A stretch of 64,000 nt of DNA, taken from the NCBI GenBank assembly GCA_016181175.1, contig JACOZV010000002.1, positions 115-64,114 on the forward strand, read 5' to 3'. Below the pieces are notes generated by a model. That model was not told where the DNA came from. It was given only the letters and a program-made list of their open reading frames with translations, and searched no databases. How positions within the stretch are numbered: the first letter of the stretch is position 1; each line of letters starts with the position of its first letter. This document shows, piece by piece, positions 46,886 through 56,121 of the stretch. The position numbers and the translations under genes are program-made. This DNA is from Candidatus Yanofskybacteria bacterium. Lineage in GTDB: Bacteria; Patescibacteriota; Minisyncoccia; 2-02-FULL-40-12; IGHO2-01-FULL-4-A.

Positions 46886-47299
46886 TTATGGATTGCAATT
46901 TCCGGCAAGGATGTAGCCGGCTGATATTGCCGCGGTTTCGGTGGCGAAAGTAATTTTGTTTTTTTCGGTGATTTTGGAAGCGCTTGGGCACCATGGGAAA
47001 TGATAGATTTTGTTGGCGCTATTTTTAGAAGCAACGACGAAACTAGGCGTTAGGTTGTAGGTGCTAGGTTCTAGCTTTGAATTTTGAATCCCCTTTTCAT
47101 TGTTTCCTGTTGCCTGCCGACTATTAACCGGTTCAGTTATTGTAATTGGCAACTTTTGCTTATGTAATATTGAAATTTTACCAAGGTTGAAACTGATCAT
47201 TGAAATGAAAATAACAACGAAAGTTAAAACAATATCTGACTGGTACATTTTGACTAATTTTAGTAATTTTGCTAACATAAGATTAATAAAATGGCGCAT
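46886..47299 (-). CDS. Hypothetical membrane-anchored protein (the real start may be the internal Met near 47248)
   Basis: One TM (IVLTFVVIFISMISF); C-terminal H/C-containing motif YHFPWCP...AGNC. Confidence 0.4.
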   Translation of the reverse strand: MRHFINLMLAKLLKLVKMYQSDIVLTFVVIFISMISFNLGKISILHKQKLPITITEPVNSRQATGNNEKGIQNSKLEPSTYNLTPSFVVASKNSANKIYHFPWCPSASKITEKNKITFATETAAISAGYILAGNCNP

Positions 47300-47563
47300 A
47301 CAAAAGCTAAATCTACAACTAAGTTAGGCCGCGATTCCGAATCCAAACGCTTGGGCGTCAAGCTTTCAGACGGCCAGGTTGCTATTCCAGGCAACATTAT
47401 TATCCGTCAGCGTGGCAGCAAGGTTATTGCTGGTTCGGGTACTCGCATGGGCAGTGATGATACTATCTATGCCATAAATACTGGCAAGGTTAAGTTTTCA
47501 ACCAAAAAAAAGAACAATTTCGATGGCTCCAGACGATTGGTTAAAATTGTAAGCGTAGTATAG
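47291..47563 (+). CDS. rpmA: 50S ribosomal protein L27
   Basis: MAHTKAKSTTKLGRDSESKRLGVK, the L27 signature. Confidence 0.9.
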   Translation: MAHTKAKSTTKLGRDSESKRLGVKLSDGQVAIPGNIIIRQRGSKVIAGSGTRMGSDDTIYAINTGKVKFSTKKKNNFDGSRRLVKIVSVV

Positions 47564-47577
47564 GTAAAGTCAACCCC

Positions 47578-47632
47578 ATCTAGATCACATAAAAAACATG
47601 GTTATAACCATGTTTTTTATGTGATCTAGATT
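47578..47632. terminator. Bidirectional terminator (about 24-bp perfect hairpin)
   Basis: CATCTAGATCACATAAAAAACATGG-TTATAA-CCATGTTTTTTATGTGATCTAGATT lies between convergent rpmA and rplI. Confidence 0.75.
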
Positions 47633-47645
47633 AATAATCCTACGT

Positions 47646-48092
47646 CTATTTATTAGCTGAAATTAAAATCTTAATTTTGCTTTTAACTTCCGGGTGCAGT
47701 TCTATTTCAACTTCGTGTTCACCTAACATCTTGAGATGTTGTGGTAAGTTTATATTTTCTTCTTTAAGGTTTATCCCCTTCTCCTTGACGGCCGCTAGTA
47801 TTTTTTTCTCATTAACCGAACCGTAAAGATGCCCTTCTTCATTGGCATCTTCCTGGATTTCAATAGTTAGACCTTCCAGTTTTTTGGCGAATTCTAGCGC
47901 CCCCTCCTTACCTGTTTCATATTGTTTCTCGCGTTTTGACTTCAATATTTCTGCCTGTTTTTCAGCATCGGCTGTTGCGGGTTTTGCCAAATTTTTTATG
48001 AACAAAAAATTGCGGGCATAACCATCAGCCACATTCTTGATATCCCCTATTTGGGCTACACCTTTTATGTTTTGCAAAAAAATTACTTTCAT
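47646..48092 (-). CDS. rplI: 50S ribosomal protein L9
   Basis: [31 protein letters not shown]9-typical. Confidence 0.9.
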   Translation of the reverse strand: MKVIFLQNIKGVAQIGDIKNVADGYARNFLFIKNLAKPATADAEKQAEILKSKREKQYETGKEGALEFAKKLEGLTIEIQEDANEEGHLYGSVNEKKILAAVKEKGINLKEENINLPQHLKMLGEHEVEIELHPEVKSKIKILISANK

Positions 48093-48095
48093 AGG

Positions 48096-49292
48096 CTAGC
48101 GTAGGTTTTTTATAAGTTCCTTTGCCTTATCCAACTGCGGGTCTTTGTCGGCGTTAATGTCTTCCTCAGTTCGTTTGACCTCAATATCCGGCTTTATACC
48201 GTTTTCGTTTATTGATATACCGTTTGGGGTAAACCATTTGGCAATAGTAACTTTCAACGAGGCTTTTTGTGGAAGATCCAGTACTTCCTGAACCGATCCT
48301 TTGCCAAAACTGGTTTCTCCGACAATCGTAATTCCGCGGTTATCTTTTAAGGCGCCTGCAAGAATCTCGGACGCTGAAGCAGAACCTTTGTTTATCAAGA
48401 CAATAATCGGATAGTTTTTAAGTTGGCCGTTCGGTTGGGTTCGGAATTGATTTTCTTGACCATCGCCAAATCTTTCGATTGTTACAATCTTATTGGCATC
48501 CAAGAAGTACCCCGCAATATTTACCGACGAATCAAGCAAACCACCCGGATTGTTACGCAGGTCAAGTATAATTTTTTCAGCTTTTGAATCACTGATTTCC
48601 TGCGCGGCTTTTTTAAATTCCGCATCAGCATTTTGATTGAAGGTAAAAATTTCAAGATAAGCAACTTCTTCGTCTAACAGTTTCCAATCTATGGCCGGTA
48701 TTTTTATGATATCCCTGGTAATTTCTACTTCTTTAGCTTTTTCCAGACCATCGCGAGTAATCACTAATGTTACCTTGGTTCCTTTTTGTCCGCGTATCAA
48801 ACCGACGGCTTCGTCCAGTTTCATGCCCTCGCTGGGTTTATCATTTATTTTCAATATTTTATCTCCCGCCATGAGGCCGGCACGTGCCGCAGGCGTATCT
48901 TTGATGGGTGAAATGACGGTTAAAATGTTTTTGCGAAGGCCAATTTCAATCCCAATACCGCTGAATGCTCCTTTAATTTGCTGTTGGAACTCTTCATTTT
49001 CTTTGGGTTTGAGGAAAACCGTATAAGGGTCACCAACCTTTTGCACCATACCGTCAATGGCCCCGTAAACCAGATCTTGTGTGTTTAGTTTTGACTTGTC
49101 TACATAACGATTATGCAGCATGTCCCACACATTCCAAAAGAGAGAAAAATCCACATCGCGCGGTTGGCCGTAGTCTTTGTTAACAAGATTTAATAATTGA
49201 ACGGGAGATTGCCAATTTTGATAATAAAAACCGCCCAAGAATCCAACGGTGAGTGCAAGAACTATTACTACCGGAACTAATCTTTTTTGCAT
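48096..49292 (-). CDS. ctpA: Carboxyl-terminal processing protease (S41 family) with a PDZ domain
   Basis: N-terminal TM, PDZ domain, S41 motifs (GETSFGKGSVQ). Confidence 0.85.
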   Translation of the reverse strand: MQKRLVPVVIVLALTVGFLGGFYYQNWQSPVQLLNLVNKDYGQPRDVDFSLFWNVWDMLHNRYVDKSKLNTQDLVYGAIDGMVQKVGDPYTVFLKPKENEEFQQQIKGAFSGIGIEIGLRKNILTVISPIKDTPAARAGLMAGDKILKINDKPSEGMKLDEAVGLIRGQKGTKVTLVITRDGLEKAKEVEITRDIIKIPAIDWKLLDEEVAYLEIFTFNQNADAEFKKAAQEISDSKAEKIILDLRNNPGGLLDSSVNIAGYFLDANKIVTIERFGDGQENQFRTQPNGQLKNYPIIVLINKGSASASEILAGALKDNRGITIVGETSFGKGSVQEVLDLPQKASLKVTIAKWFTPNGISINENGIKPDIEVKRTEEDINADKDPQLDKAKELIKNLR

Positions 49293-49302
49293 GAAGTTAA
49301 AG

Positions 49303-50118
49303 TTATTTATTCAGTGGGATTTTTTGTAAGTTATGATATTTCCAAAAAAACTTTATTGCACTGGCGATATGCCAGCGCGTTTTTTTATTAAATATCACAT
49401 CCAGTAATCCCAGGCGCGAACTGGATTCACGCTGATGGTAATGATACATTATGGCCTCTGGGTAATACACAACCTTGTAATCATTGTGCCAAAACCTTCT
49501 GGCCCAGTCAACATCTTCAAAATACATAAAAAATCTTTCATCCATGCCGCCAACCTTTTCAAGCGCTTCCTTGCTCACCATTATAGCCGAGCCCATTATC
49601 CAGTCCGGTGTTTGGATTTTGGACGGATCGGCATCGGCCACGAGAAAATCATCCAGGACTTTTTTAAATCGTCCGAATCTACCCAGAAAACTACGCCGAG
49701 CAAGTATTGTGGCCGGTTTATAATAACCGAAATATGTATTCTGGTGGGTTCCGTTGAAATTGAGCATGCGCGGCCCAAGCATACCAATGTCTGGATGTTT
49801 TTCCATATAGTCAGTCATTTTTATAATTGCGTTGTCAGTAACGACCACGTCTGGGTTAAGGACTAAAATATACTTGCCGTTGGAGTTCTTGATTCCCGTG
49901 TTAACCCCCCGCGCATAACCCAGATTTTCTTTAAATGACAGATATTTTATTTCCGGATACTGCTCAACAACCAAATCTCTTGCCTGACGTGAAATGGTCG
50001 AGTCAATAATAATAGTTTCAAGGTCTATGTTTTTGCATGTTTCCGCAAGCGATTTCAAGCAGAGCTTTAAAAGTTCGGGTGTCTGATGGTGGACGATAAT
50101 TATTGTTAGCTTGCGCAT
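49303..50118 (-). CDS. Family 2 glycosyltransferase
   Basis: GT-A fold N-terminus (IIIVHHQTPELLKLCLKSL), DxD-like motif. Confidence 0.75.
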   Translation of the reverse strand: MRKLTIIIVHHQTPELLKLCLKSLAETCKNIDLETIIIDSTISRQARDLVVEQYPEIKYLSFKENLGYARGVNTGIKNSNGKYILVLNPDVVVTDNAIIKMTDYMEKHPDIGMLGPRMLNFNGTHQNTYFGYYKPATILARRSFLGRFGRFKKVLDDFLVADADPSKIQTPDWIMGSAIMVSKEALEKVGGMDERFFMYFEDVDWARRFWHNDYKVVYYPEAIMYHYHQRESSSRLGLLDVIFNKKTRWHIASAIKFFWKYHNLQKIPLNK

Positions 50119-50120
50119 GA

Positions 50121-51194
50121 CTAATCAGTTAGAATATTTTTAAACAGATTTTTAATTCCTTCAAAATTTGCTTCTTTGGGTAATAATATATATTCGCCTT
50201 TTTCGGTTTTGGTTTCATAGACTAAATTTTCCGTGGTAATTACATAATTTTTTGCTTTATTTTTAGAACTAAAGGTATTTGCCAGTGAAAGCAAATCGCC
50301 GACATCCCAAATTTGAAAGTCGGTGCGTATGTTATCTTTTAGATCGGAAAGCAGAGAAGTTACTTTAACCGGATTGGACAAAAATCCCAAAGACAGTGCT
50401 TTATTCTTAATGATCTTAATTATTTCTTGTTGTCGTCTTGCCCTGTCGAAATCGCTTGTTGAATACCTGGACCGGGCATAATACAGTGCTTGCTCGCCGT
50501 CTAAATGATTGTCTCCGGCCGGCAGAAAGAACTCATAACCCCACTGATTTTTTTCTTCAAACGGTTTGGCAAGGTAAACATCAATACCGCCAAGATTGTT
50601 TACTATCTCCTTGAATGCATTAAAATCAACGACCACGACATTATCAATGTAGATGCCAGTAATCCTTGATATTATTTGTTTAGCCAAAGTTAGCCCGCCG
50701 CCATTTTCCAATCCTCTCTCATAAACCTCATTTATCCTCCCCTTTAATTTTATGTTTTTGCCATTCTGTATTTCTGCTGACATGTCCATATAAAGGTCGC
50801 GTGGTATGGAAATGGTTGCAGCTTTTTGTGTTACCTTATCAATACTCGTTACCATTATCGTGTCAGTAAGCAAGCCGCCCTCTTCTTCAATGGCTATTTC
50901 ATCTTCTCCTCTTATGCCCAAAATCAAAATATCCAGACGATCCGGCTCTTGTCTGGGTATCGGGTTGGGGTCAATTGTCGGTTTAGACTCGTCGCCGATA
51001 TTAAAAATACCAGCTACACTTTTCCACCAGGAGCTATTTTCTACGGAGATCGTGTTATACACCATCCCCAATTGATACACATAATAACCGACAACAATCA
51101 ATAAAACCAGAAAAATACAAAATAATGGTTTTTTAAACCATCGTTTTTTTGATTGCAATTTTTGAAAATTATCCGGCAGTATCATATGATCCAT
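50121..51194 (-). CDS. LytR-CpsA-Psr (LCP) family protein
   Basis: N-terminal TM; LCP domain containing ISIPRDLYMD. Confidence 0.8.
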   Translation of the reverse strand: MDHMILPDNFQKLQSKKRWFKKPLFCIFLVLLIVVGYYVYQLGMVYNTISVENSSWWKSVAGIFNIGDESKPTIDPNPIPRQEPDRLDILILGIRGEDEIAIEEEGGLLTDTIMVTSIDKVTQKAATISIPRDLYMDMSAEIQNGKNIKLKGRINEVYERGLENGGGLTLAKQIISRITGIYIDNVVVVDFNAFKEIVNNLGGIDVYLAKPFEEKNQWGYEFFLPAGDNHLDGEQALYYARSRYSTSDFDRARRQQEIIKIIKNKALSLGFLSNPVKVTSLLSDLKDNIRTDFQIWDVGDLLSLANTFSSKNKAKNYVITTENLVYETKTEKGEYILLPKEANFEGIKNLFKNILTD

Positions 51195-52261
51195 TGGCGT
51201 AATTCTTCGGGTGTTACATTGCTTTTACTCATTATTTCGCTTCTCCTTTTTAACATACTTGGTAGTAGTTTGGCAACCTTAAAAAATTCTAAAAACACCG
51301 ATGGTTCAAATATCAGAAAATATATCCCAAGCCGCAATTGCCGCCATAAAATATGTGGTAAATCTCGCAAGAGATTAATGGTAAAATCATTTTTAATTAT
51401 CGTGAGTGTAGTGTTTCTCAAATCAAGGCGGCGTTTAAACATGGGGATAGTTTTGCGGATTTTTATAAACTCTTTCCATCCTCCGGCTAGTGTCTTGGTA
51501 GTTTTACGATCATGCCAAGCAATGACGCTTGGCGCGTAAACTTGTTTCCAGCCGAACAATCTCATCCGCCATGCCAGATCAAGATCGTCGCCGTACCAGA
51601 AATAGTCACGGTCTATAATTTGATTGTTTTGTGATTCTAAACGGCAATCTTCCAGTGCTTGTCGGCGGAAAATCGGTACAGCTCCCTCTACGGCAAAAAT
51701 TTCACGCTTTTGATTGTATTGTCCGGAATCAGTTTCTCCATGTCCAATATTTACAATTCGGCGGGATTTAAAAATCTTAAACCCACAAGTATCAATAATT
51801 TCGGTGTCATCACAAGACCCATTTATGGTCTTGCGATGACCATGGATTGGATTATGGTCCAGTTCATATTTATAGACTTTTGCTTGGAGAGCTCCGATTT
51901 GGTAGTCCCGTTCCATTACTTCAACGGCATTTTTAATAAAATCTTTATCCAAAATTACGTCTACCGAGAGTGCGATAATATATTTACCGTGACTCTGTTC
52001 AAGCAATTTTTCTTGGCCGGGCCACATGCCCAAATTTTCTCTAGATTCTACTAGCGAAAATTTGGGCGACTGTCCACCGTCCACCGTCCACCGTCCACTT
52101 TTTAAAATTTCTCTTGTGGAGTCAGTCGAATTGTTATCTAAAATATTAAGTTCAATAAACTCATGCGAATAAGATTGTTCCAAAATCGAATCCAAACACC
52201 GGCGAATATATTTTTCACCATTATGGACAACAATATTTATAGAAACTAATTTACTTGGCAT
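51182..52261 (-). CDS. Family 2 glycosyltransferase containing a (CCACCGT)x3 heptanucleotide repeat
   Basis: GT-A N-terminus (VSINIVVHNGEKYIRRCLDSIL); the repeat at 52073-52097 encodes GRWTVDGGQ. Confidence 0.75.
   Translation of the reverse strand: MPSKLVSINIVVHNGEKYIRRCLDSILEQSYSHEFIELNILDNNSTDSTREILKSGRWTVDGGQSPKFSLVESRENLGMWPGQEKLLEQSHGKYIIALSVDVILDKDFIKNAVEVMERDYQIGALQAKVYKYELDHNPIHGHRKTINGSCDDTEIIDTCGFKIFKSRRIVNIGHGETDSGQYNQKREIFAVEGAVPIFRRQALEDCRLESQNNQIIDRDYFWYGDDLDLAWRMRLFGWKQVYAPSVIAWHDRKTTKTLAGGWKEFIKIRKTIPMFKRRLDLRNTTLTIIKNDFTINLLRDLPHILWRQLRLGIYFLIFEPSVFLEFFKVAKLLPSMLKRRSEIMSKSNVTPEELRQWII
52073..52097. repeat. Heptanucleotide tandem repeat (CCACCGT)x3.5 inside the GT2 gene
   Basis: GTCCACCGTCCACCGTCCACCGTCCAC. 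Confidence 0.8.
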
Positions 52262-52328
52262 AACTAGATAAATTTATTATATTGTGCATAGTTGTTTGAA
52301 TTTTTTAATATAGACAGAAAGGTAGCTA

Positions 52329-52742
52329 ATGGCCAAGGCAAGAGAAAGGTTAGAGTGTGCGCTGTCGAGTTTTTGTAAAATTAAGATAGAGGAAAAGGCG
52401 GCTTATTTTACACCCAACATGCTGTTACAACATCTTGGTGATATGTGGGGAGACAAAAACTCACTGCCATCTCCGCAAAAGCTAACCAGATCTCTATTTT
52501 CTTTGTATGAAAACGGCAAAGTGATAATATATTCGATCCTGGCAAAGGAAACCGATGGCATTATAAGATTAAGTTTTATTGGTTTGATAATGTGTTATCC
52601 GGAAGAATTTTCCCAGTCCCAGAAATTATCGCCGCAGTTACTGCGAAAAGTAAAAAGGCGCGTTCATCGAACATTGCGACGTCTGTTAAAGAATAGATCA
52701 AGACCCACGGGAGGAAAATTAGGAGGGAAGCGAAGTAAATAA
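52329..52742 (+). CDS. Hypothetical protein (its 3' part overlaps the minus-strand ligase gene; weakly supported)
   Basis: 137-aa ORF with a basic C-terminus; partly antisense to 52576-54159. Confidence 0.25.
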   Translation: MAKARERLECALSSFCKIKIEEKAAYFTPNMLLQHLGDMWGDKNSLPSPQKLTRSLFSLYENGKVIIYSILAKETDGIIRLSFIGLIMCYPEEFSQSQKLSPQLLRKVKRRVHRTLRRLLKNRSRPTGGKLGGKRSK

Positions 52743-54159
52743 TAATCGGTAACTGGTAACTAGTAACTGATGTCAAAAAATTGCGATGCGATTTTTTCAG
52801 AAGAAGCCAAAGGAACCAAAGCGCAAGAATTAATGCTGGCAAGCCCGTTTCGGCGGCGATATGGAGGTAAAGATTGTGCGCTGACGAACCTGCCTTGGCT
52901 CTGGCCAAATCTTCCCCCACCACGGCCGGAAAATTTCCTATTCCGACACCCAGCAATGGGTGTTTTATTATTGAACGGATTGAATCTTTCCAAATTTCAA
53001 TTCGGCGTGCATTGGAGGTTTCGGAGATATCTAAAACGGAGCGGGCGCGTTTGGCAAGCAAACCAGTTGAATCCTTTTCTGCCATGAACTGATTTGAGGC
53101 GATAATATAATATGCCACGCCGAATAATAAAAAGAAAATAACCAAGAAAGAACTAATATAGGCAAAAACTGCACGACATGTGATGTTGGGCGTGCACGAC
53201 ATGCGATGTCGTGCAATAAGAAAAATGGCCCAAACGGAAGAAGCGGCTCCGGCAGCCCAAATGCCGCGGGTGCCAGTGAGAATAAGTGCTAGAAAAATTA
53301 CAGGAATAAAAATAATAATCACAGAAGCGCGGGACTGTAGCATGGTTTTGAAATTGCCACTTTTTTCAGTAACTCGTTTGAGAGCGATAGTCATAACTGC
53401 CGGTAATCCCAAAAGCATAAATATGGGAAAAGAATGTGAATCTGGGAAAATTGAGAACATTCGCAAAGATAATTGATTGCCGAAATAAGCAAACCACGTA
53501 TTGGCTTTAATGGCCGTTTCAGCCCACACATTGCCGTACATGTTACGTTCTACTACGCCGCCCCAGAAATCTACGAACTGAAAAATATCCATAAAATATG
53601 TAGAAACAAGCTGAACCATGCCGACCAGAGCCACAAATATCGTAGGTATAGCAACATTTTTGATAATTCGCTGACAAAAATCTTGGTTTTTGCGAATTAA
53701 ATCATAAATTACAATACCAATCATAGAAAGATTAACAAAATAGATAATTCTTTTGACTGCTAAAACATGGCTTTGTGCTTGAGAGATTGATAATATCATC
53801 AGCAATAACAAGGCCAAGAGAATAAAAGACGAGCGTGAAAATCTGGGCATAATCTTTGGTTTTAATACCCAAAACCATTTCAAAAAAATCAGTCCGGAAA
53901 AAATACGCCACATATTTAGAGAATCAAAGCCGGCGGTTATGGGGATGGCGACAAAAAATGGAATTGAACGGACGAAGAATACAGTTGAGTTTTCAAGTGA
54001 CGCCATCAATACATAAACTGCAAGCGCAATTGTCCAAAAAGGCACAACCGTCCGCGGCAGAATCCCGCTTGCTACCAAGGCGATCACCGCGGGTTGAGAT
54101 ACAAATAAAATATTTAGGGTCGAATAATTTCCAAAAATTTGTCTGTATGTTTTTGCCAT
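52576..54159 (-). CDS. O-antigen ligase/polymerase (Wzy_C)-like polytopic membrane protein containing a (GTAACTG)x3 repeat
   Basis: At least 11 TM segments; SAHNLYLHIAAETGLPALILALWFLW matches the Wzy_C signature. The repeat at 52748-52768 encodes SYQLPI. Confidence 0.7.
   Translation of the reverse strand: MAKTYRQIFGNYSTLNILFVSQPAVIALVASGILPRTVVPFWTIALAVYVLMASLENSTVFFVRSIPFFVAIPITAGFDSLNMWRIFSGLIFLKWFWVLKPKIMPRFSRSSFILLALLLLMILSISQAQSHVLAVKRIIYFVNLSMIGIVIYDLIRKNQDFCQRIIKNVAIPTIFVALVGMVQLVSTYFMDIFQFVDFWGGVVERNMYGNVWAETAIKANTWFAYFGNQLSLRMFSIFPDSHSFPIFMLLGLPAVMTIALKRVTEKSGNFKTMLQSRASVIIIFIPVIFLALILTGTRGIWAAGAASSVWAIFLIARHRMSCTPNITCRAVFAYISSFLVIFFLLFGVAYYIIASNQFMAEKDSTGLLAKRARSVLDISETSNARRIEIWKDSIRSIIKHPLLGVGIGNFPAVVGEDLARAKAGSSAHNLYLHIAAETGLPALILALWFLWLLLKKSHRNFLTSVTSYQLPIIIYFASLLIFLPWVLIYSLTDVAMFDERAFLLFAVTAAIISGTGKILPDNTLSNQ
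52748..52768. repeat. Heptanucleotide tandem repeat (GTAACTG / GTAACTA)x3 inside the Wzy-like gene
   Basis: GTAACTGGTAACTAGTAACTG. Confidence 0.7.
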
Positions 54160-55217
54160 GTATATTTTGTCAAAATGCTCTGACGGGCATTTTTTATTTC
54201 TTGTCGTTTTGTCTCGTTGGTTAATCCCTTCGTAATTGCTTCGGCGATTGAATTGGGATCATCAGGGTTAGAAACAAAAAAGGCGTTATCCCCAAAAATC
54301 TCATGGCTTATTTCAGAATCAGACACAACCGCTGGTACGCCATGTCCCAACGCTTCAAGTGGCGGTAAGCCGAAGGCTTCTTTGGAAGAAACGTATACTA
54401 ACAGTTTAGCATGAGCGTAAAGCTGGACTAGTTCATTTTCGCTGACGTATTCTTTATAAATTATTTTTTCTTTGCCGATACGATTATTTATTTCTTTAAC
54501 AAGTGTTTTTATAATTGGTGGGTTATATTTATCTTTGCCGATTGCGACTAATTTTAAATCTGGAAAGCGTGATGATATTAATTCAAAAGCCAACATGGTT
54601 TCGCGCAGGTGTCTTCTTGGAAATGCTTGGCCGACATAGAGAATGTAATTGGTAATTGGTAATTGGTAATTAGTAATTGGTTTGGGTTGGTCAACACCGA
54701 GTTGGTTTACTACAATGCGGGTAGGGTTTATTTTGAACAACTGAGCCATTTCTTTTTTTGAAGTTTCGGAGATAGCCATAATTTTGGTAGCGTGTCTTGC
54801 TGTCCACCAGCCGGCAAAGATTTTGTAGGCAAGTTTGTAACGGAAGGGCAATGTACTGGTATGAATTTCGTAATAAATATCCTCGGTCAGCATAACCAGT
54901 GATTTGCCGAGAAATAAAATCGGAAGCATGTAATTAGGCAAAAACATTAGATCGAGTTTTTCGAACCAAAGTTTAATTGGCAGAAGTAAATAATAATACA
55001 AGCTGAATGATGATACTCCCGATACTTTCTTTACAAAAATAGGATTATCCAAAAACGGTAATTTGGGAATGTGTGATTTGAAATAAAGAAAAAATCTGAA
55101 CTCGCTGGTGAGTTCAGGTCTTAGTGATATTTCTTCAAGAAGATTTTTTACGATTCTACCGATCCCCCATGACTCGAGACCCTCAATAGATTCGCATTCT
55201 ATGCCAATTTTAAGCAT
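54114..55217 (-). CDS. Family 1 (GT4-type, GT-B fold) glycosyltransferase containing a (GTAATTG)x5 repeat
   Basis: EAFGLPPLEALGHGVPAVVSD motif. The repeat at 54645-54679 encodes PITNYQLPITNY in the inter-domain linker. Confidence 0.8.
   Translation of the reverse strand: MLKIGIECESIEGLESWGIGRIVKNLLEEISLRPELTSEFRFFLYFKSHIPKLPFLDNPIFVKKVSGVSSFSLYYYLLLPIKLWFEKLDLMFLPNYMLPILFLGKSLVMLTEDIYYEIHTSTLPFRYKLAYKIFAGWWTARHATKIMAISETSKKEMAQLFKINPTRIVVNQLGVDQPKPITNYQLPITNYILYVGQAFPRRHLRETMLAFELISSRFPDLKLVAIGKDKYNPPIIKTLVKEINNRIGKEKIIYKEYVSENELVQLYAHAKLLVYVSSKEAFGLPPLEALGHGVPAVVSDSEISHEIFGDNAFFVSNPDDPNSIAEAITKGLTNETKRQEIKNARQSILTKYTWQKHTDKFLEIIRP
54645..54679. repeat. Heptanucleotide tandem repeat (GTAATTG)x5, with one GTAATTA variant
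   Basis: GTAATTGGTAATTGGTAATTGGTAATTAGTAATTG. Confidence 0.85.
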
Positions 55218-56121
55218 TTATTTTTCCGAACCTTCCTTTATAAAAATCTAATACCCCAGCTAATATTGCTTTTGATATTTCAACATTGTGCCTCAATATA
55301 ATTTTAGTGAGCTGTTTAATTATAATAAAAAATGACCAAAATGGCAAGGAGAATTTAACCCAAAACGGCCCATTTTTACAGTTAAATAAGTGAGCATTTC
55401 TGTAGTGGTAGTGGAGTAATATGGGTGCTCCCAATGATGAGGTAGACGACGATTGTTTATGATGAATCAGTTCTTCAGGCACAATTTTGAGCTTGTAGCC
55501 CGCTTTTTGCGCGCGCAGGCAGTAATCAGCATCTTCAAAATAGAGAAAATAGCGTTCATCAAACAATCCAATCTTTTCTAAAACTTCTCGTTTGATAAGC
55601 ATACAAGCTCCTACAACATACTTAGTGGTTGAACTACTAAGTGCACTTAGTAGTTCAACCACTAAGTGCGAAAGTTCGGGTTTTAGCCAGCCAATTTTGC
55701 CGCCATAAATTATTTGGTTACCCTCGTTTATTGCGGGTCCTGCAATGCCTATTTGCTGATCAGATTCTGTTGCTTCTACTAATTTTGATAACGCATCCTT
55801 TCTAATTGTCGTATCGGGGTTCAATATCAAGACATAATCAGCGCCATGCTCTAACGCATGTTTGATACCCAGATTATTTCCGCCAGAATAACCAGAGTTG
55901 TAAGAAGTAGTAAGTAAAAAGTAACAAGTAGCAGAACTTGTATTGCCTGTTTTTTCTATCCAATTTCTAACCTCGTCGATTGCATTGACATCTGAGCCGT
56001 TATCCACTATAATTGTCTCATAGTTCTGATAGTCCAGTTCTTTAACAGAATTAAGGCACCTAATGGTGTCTTGAGAATTATTATATTGGAGGATGACAAT
56101 GAAAACTTTAGATTGATTCAT
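55210..56121 (-). CDS. Family 2 glycosyltransferase with an in-frame REP-like palindrome doublet
   Basis: GT-A N-terminus (VFIVILQYNNSQDTIRCLNSV). The 46-bp palindrome at 55621-55666 is translated as LVVELLSALSSSTTK. Confidence 0.75.
   Translation of the reverse strand: MNQSKVFIVILQYNNSQDTIRCLNSVKELDYQNYETIIVDNGSDVNAIDEVRNWIEKTGNTSSATCYFLLTTSYNSGYSGGNNLGIKHALEHGADYVLILNPDTTIRKDALSKLVEATESDQQIGIAGPAINEGNQIIYGGKIGWLKPELSHLVVELLSALSSSTTKYVVGACMLIKREVLEKIGLFDERYFLYFEDADYCLRAQKAGYKLKIVPEELIHHKQSSSTSSLGAPILLHYHYRNAHLFNCKNGPFWVKFSLPFWSFFIIIKQLTKIILRHNVEISKAILAGVLDFYKGRFGKINA
55621..55666. repeat. Perfect 46-bp palindrome made of two inverted REP-like units (CTTAGTGGTTGAACTACTAAG / CTTAGTAGTTCAACCACTAAG). 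It is related to the RAYT-flanking palindrome CTTAGGAGTTGAACTCCTAAG.
   Basis: CTTAGTGGTTGAACTACTAAGTG|CACTTAGTAGTTCAACCACTAAG; the second half is the exact reverse complement of the first. Confidence 0.8.
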
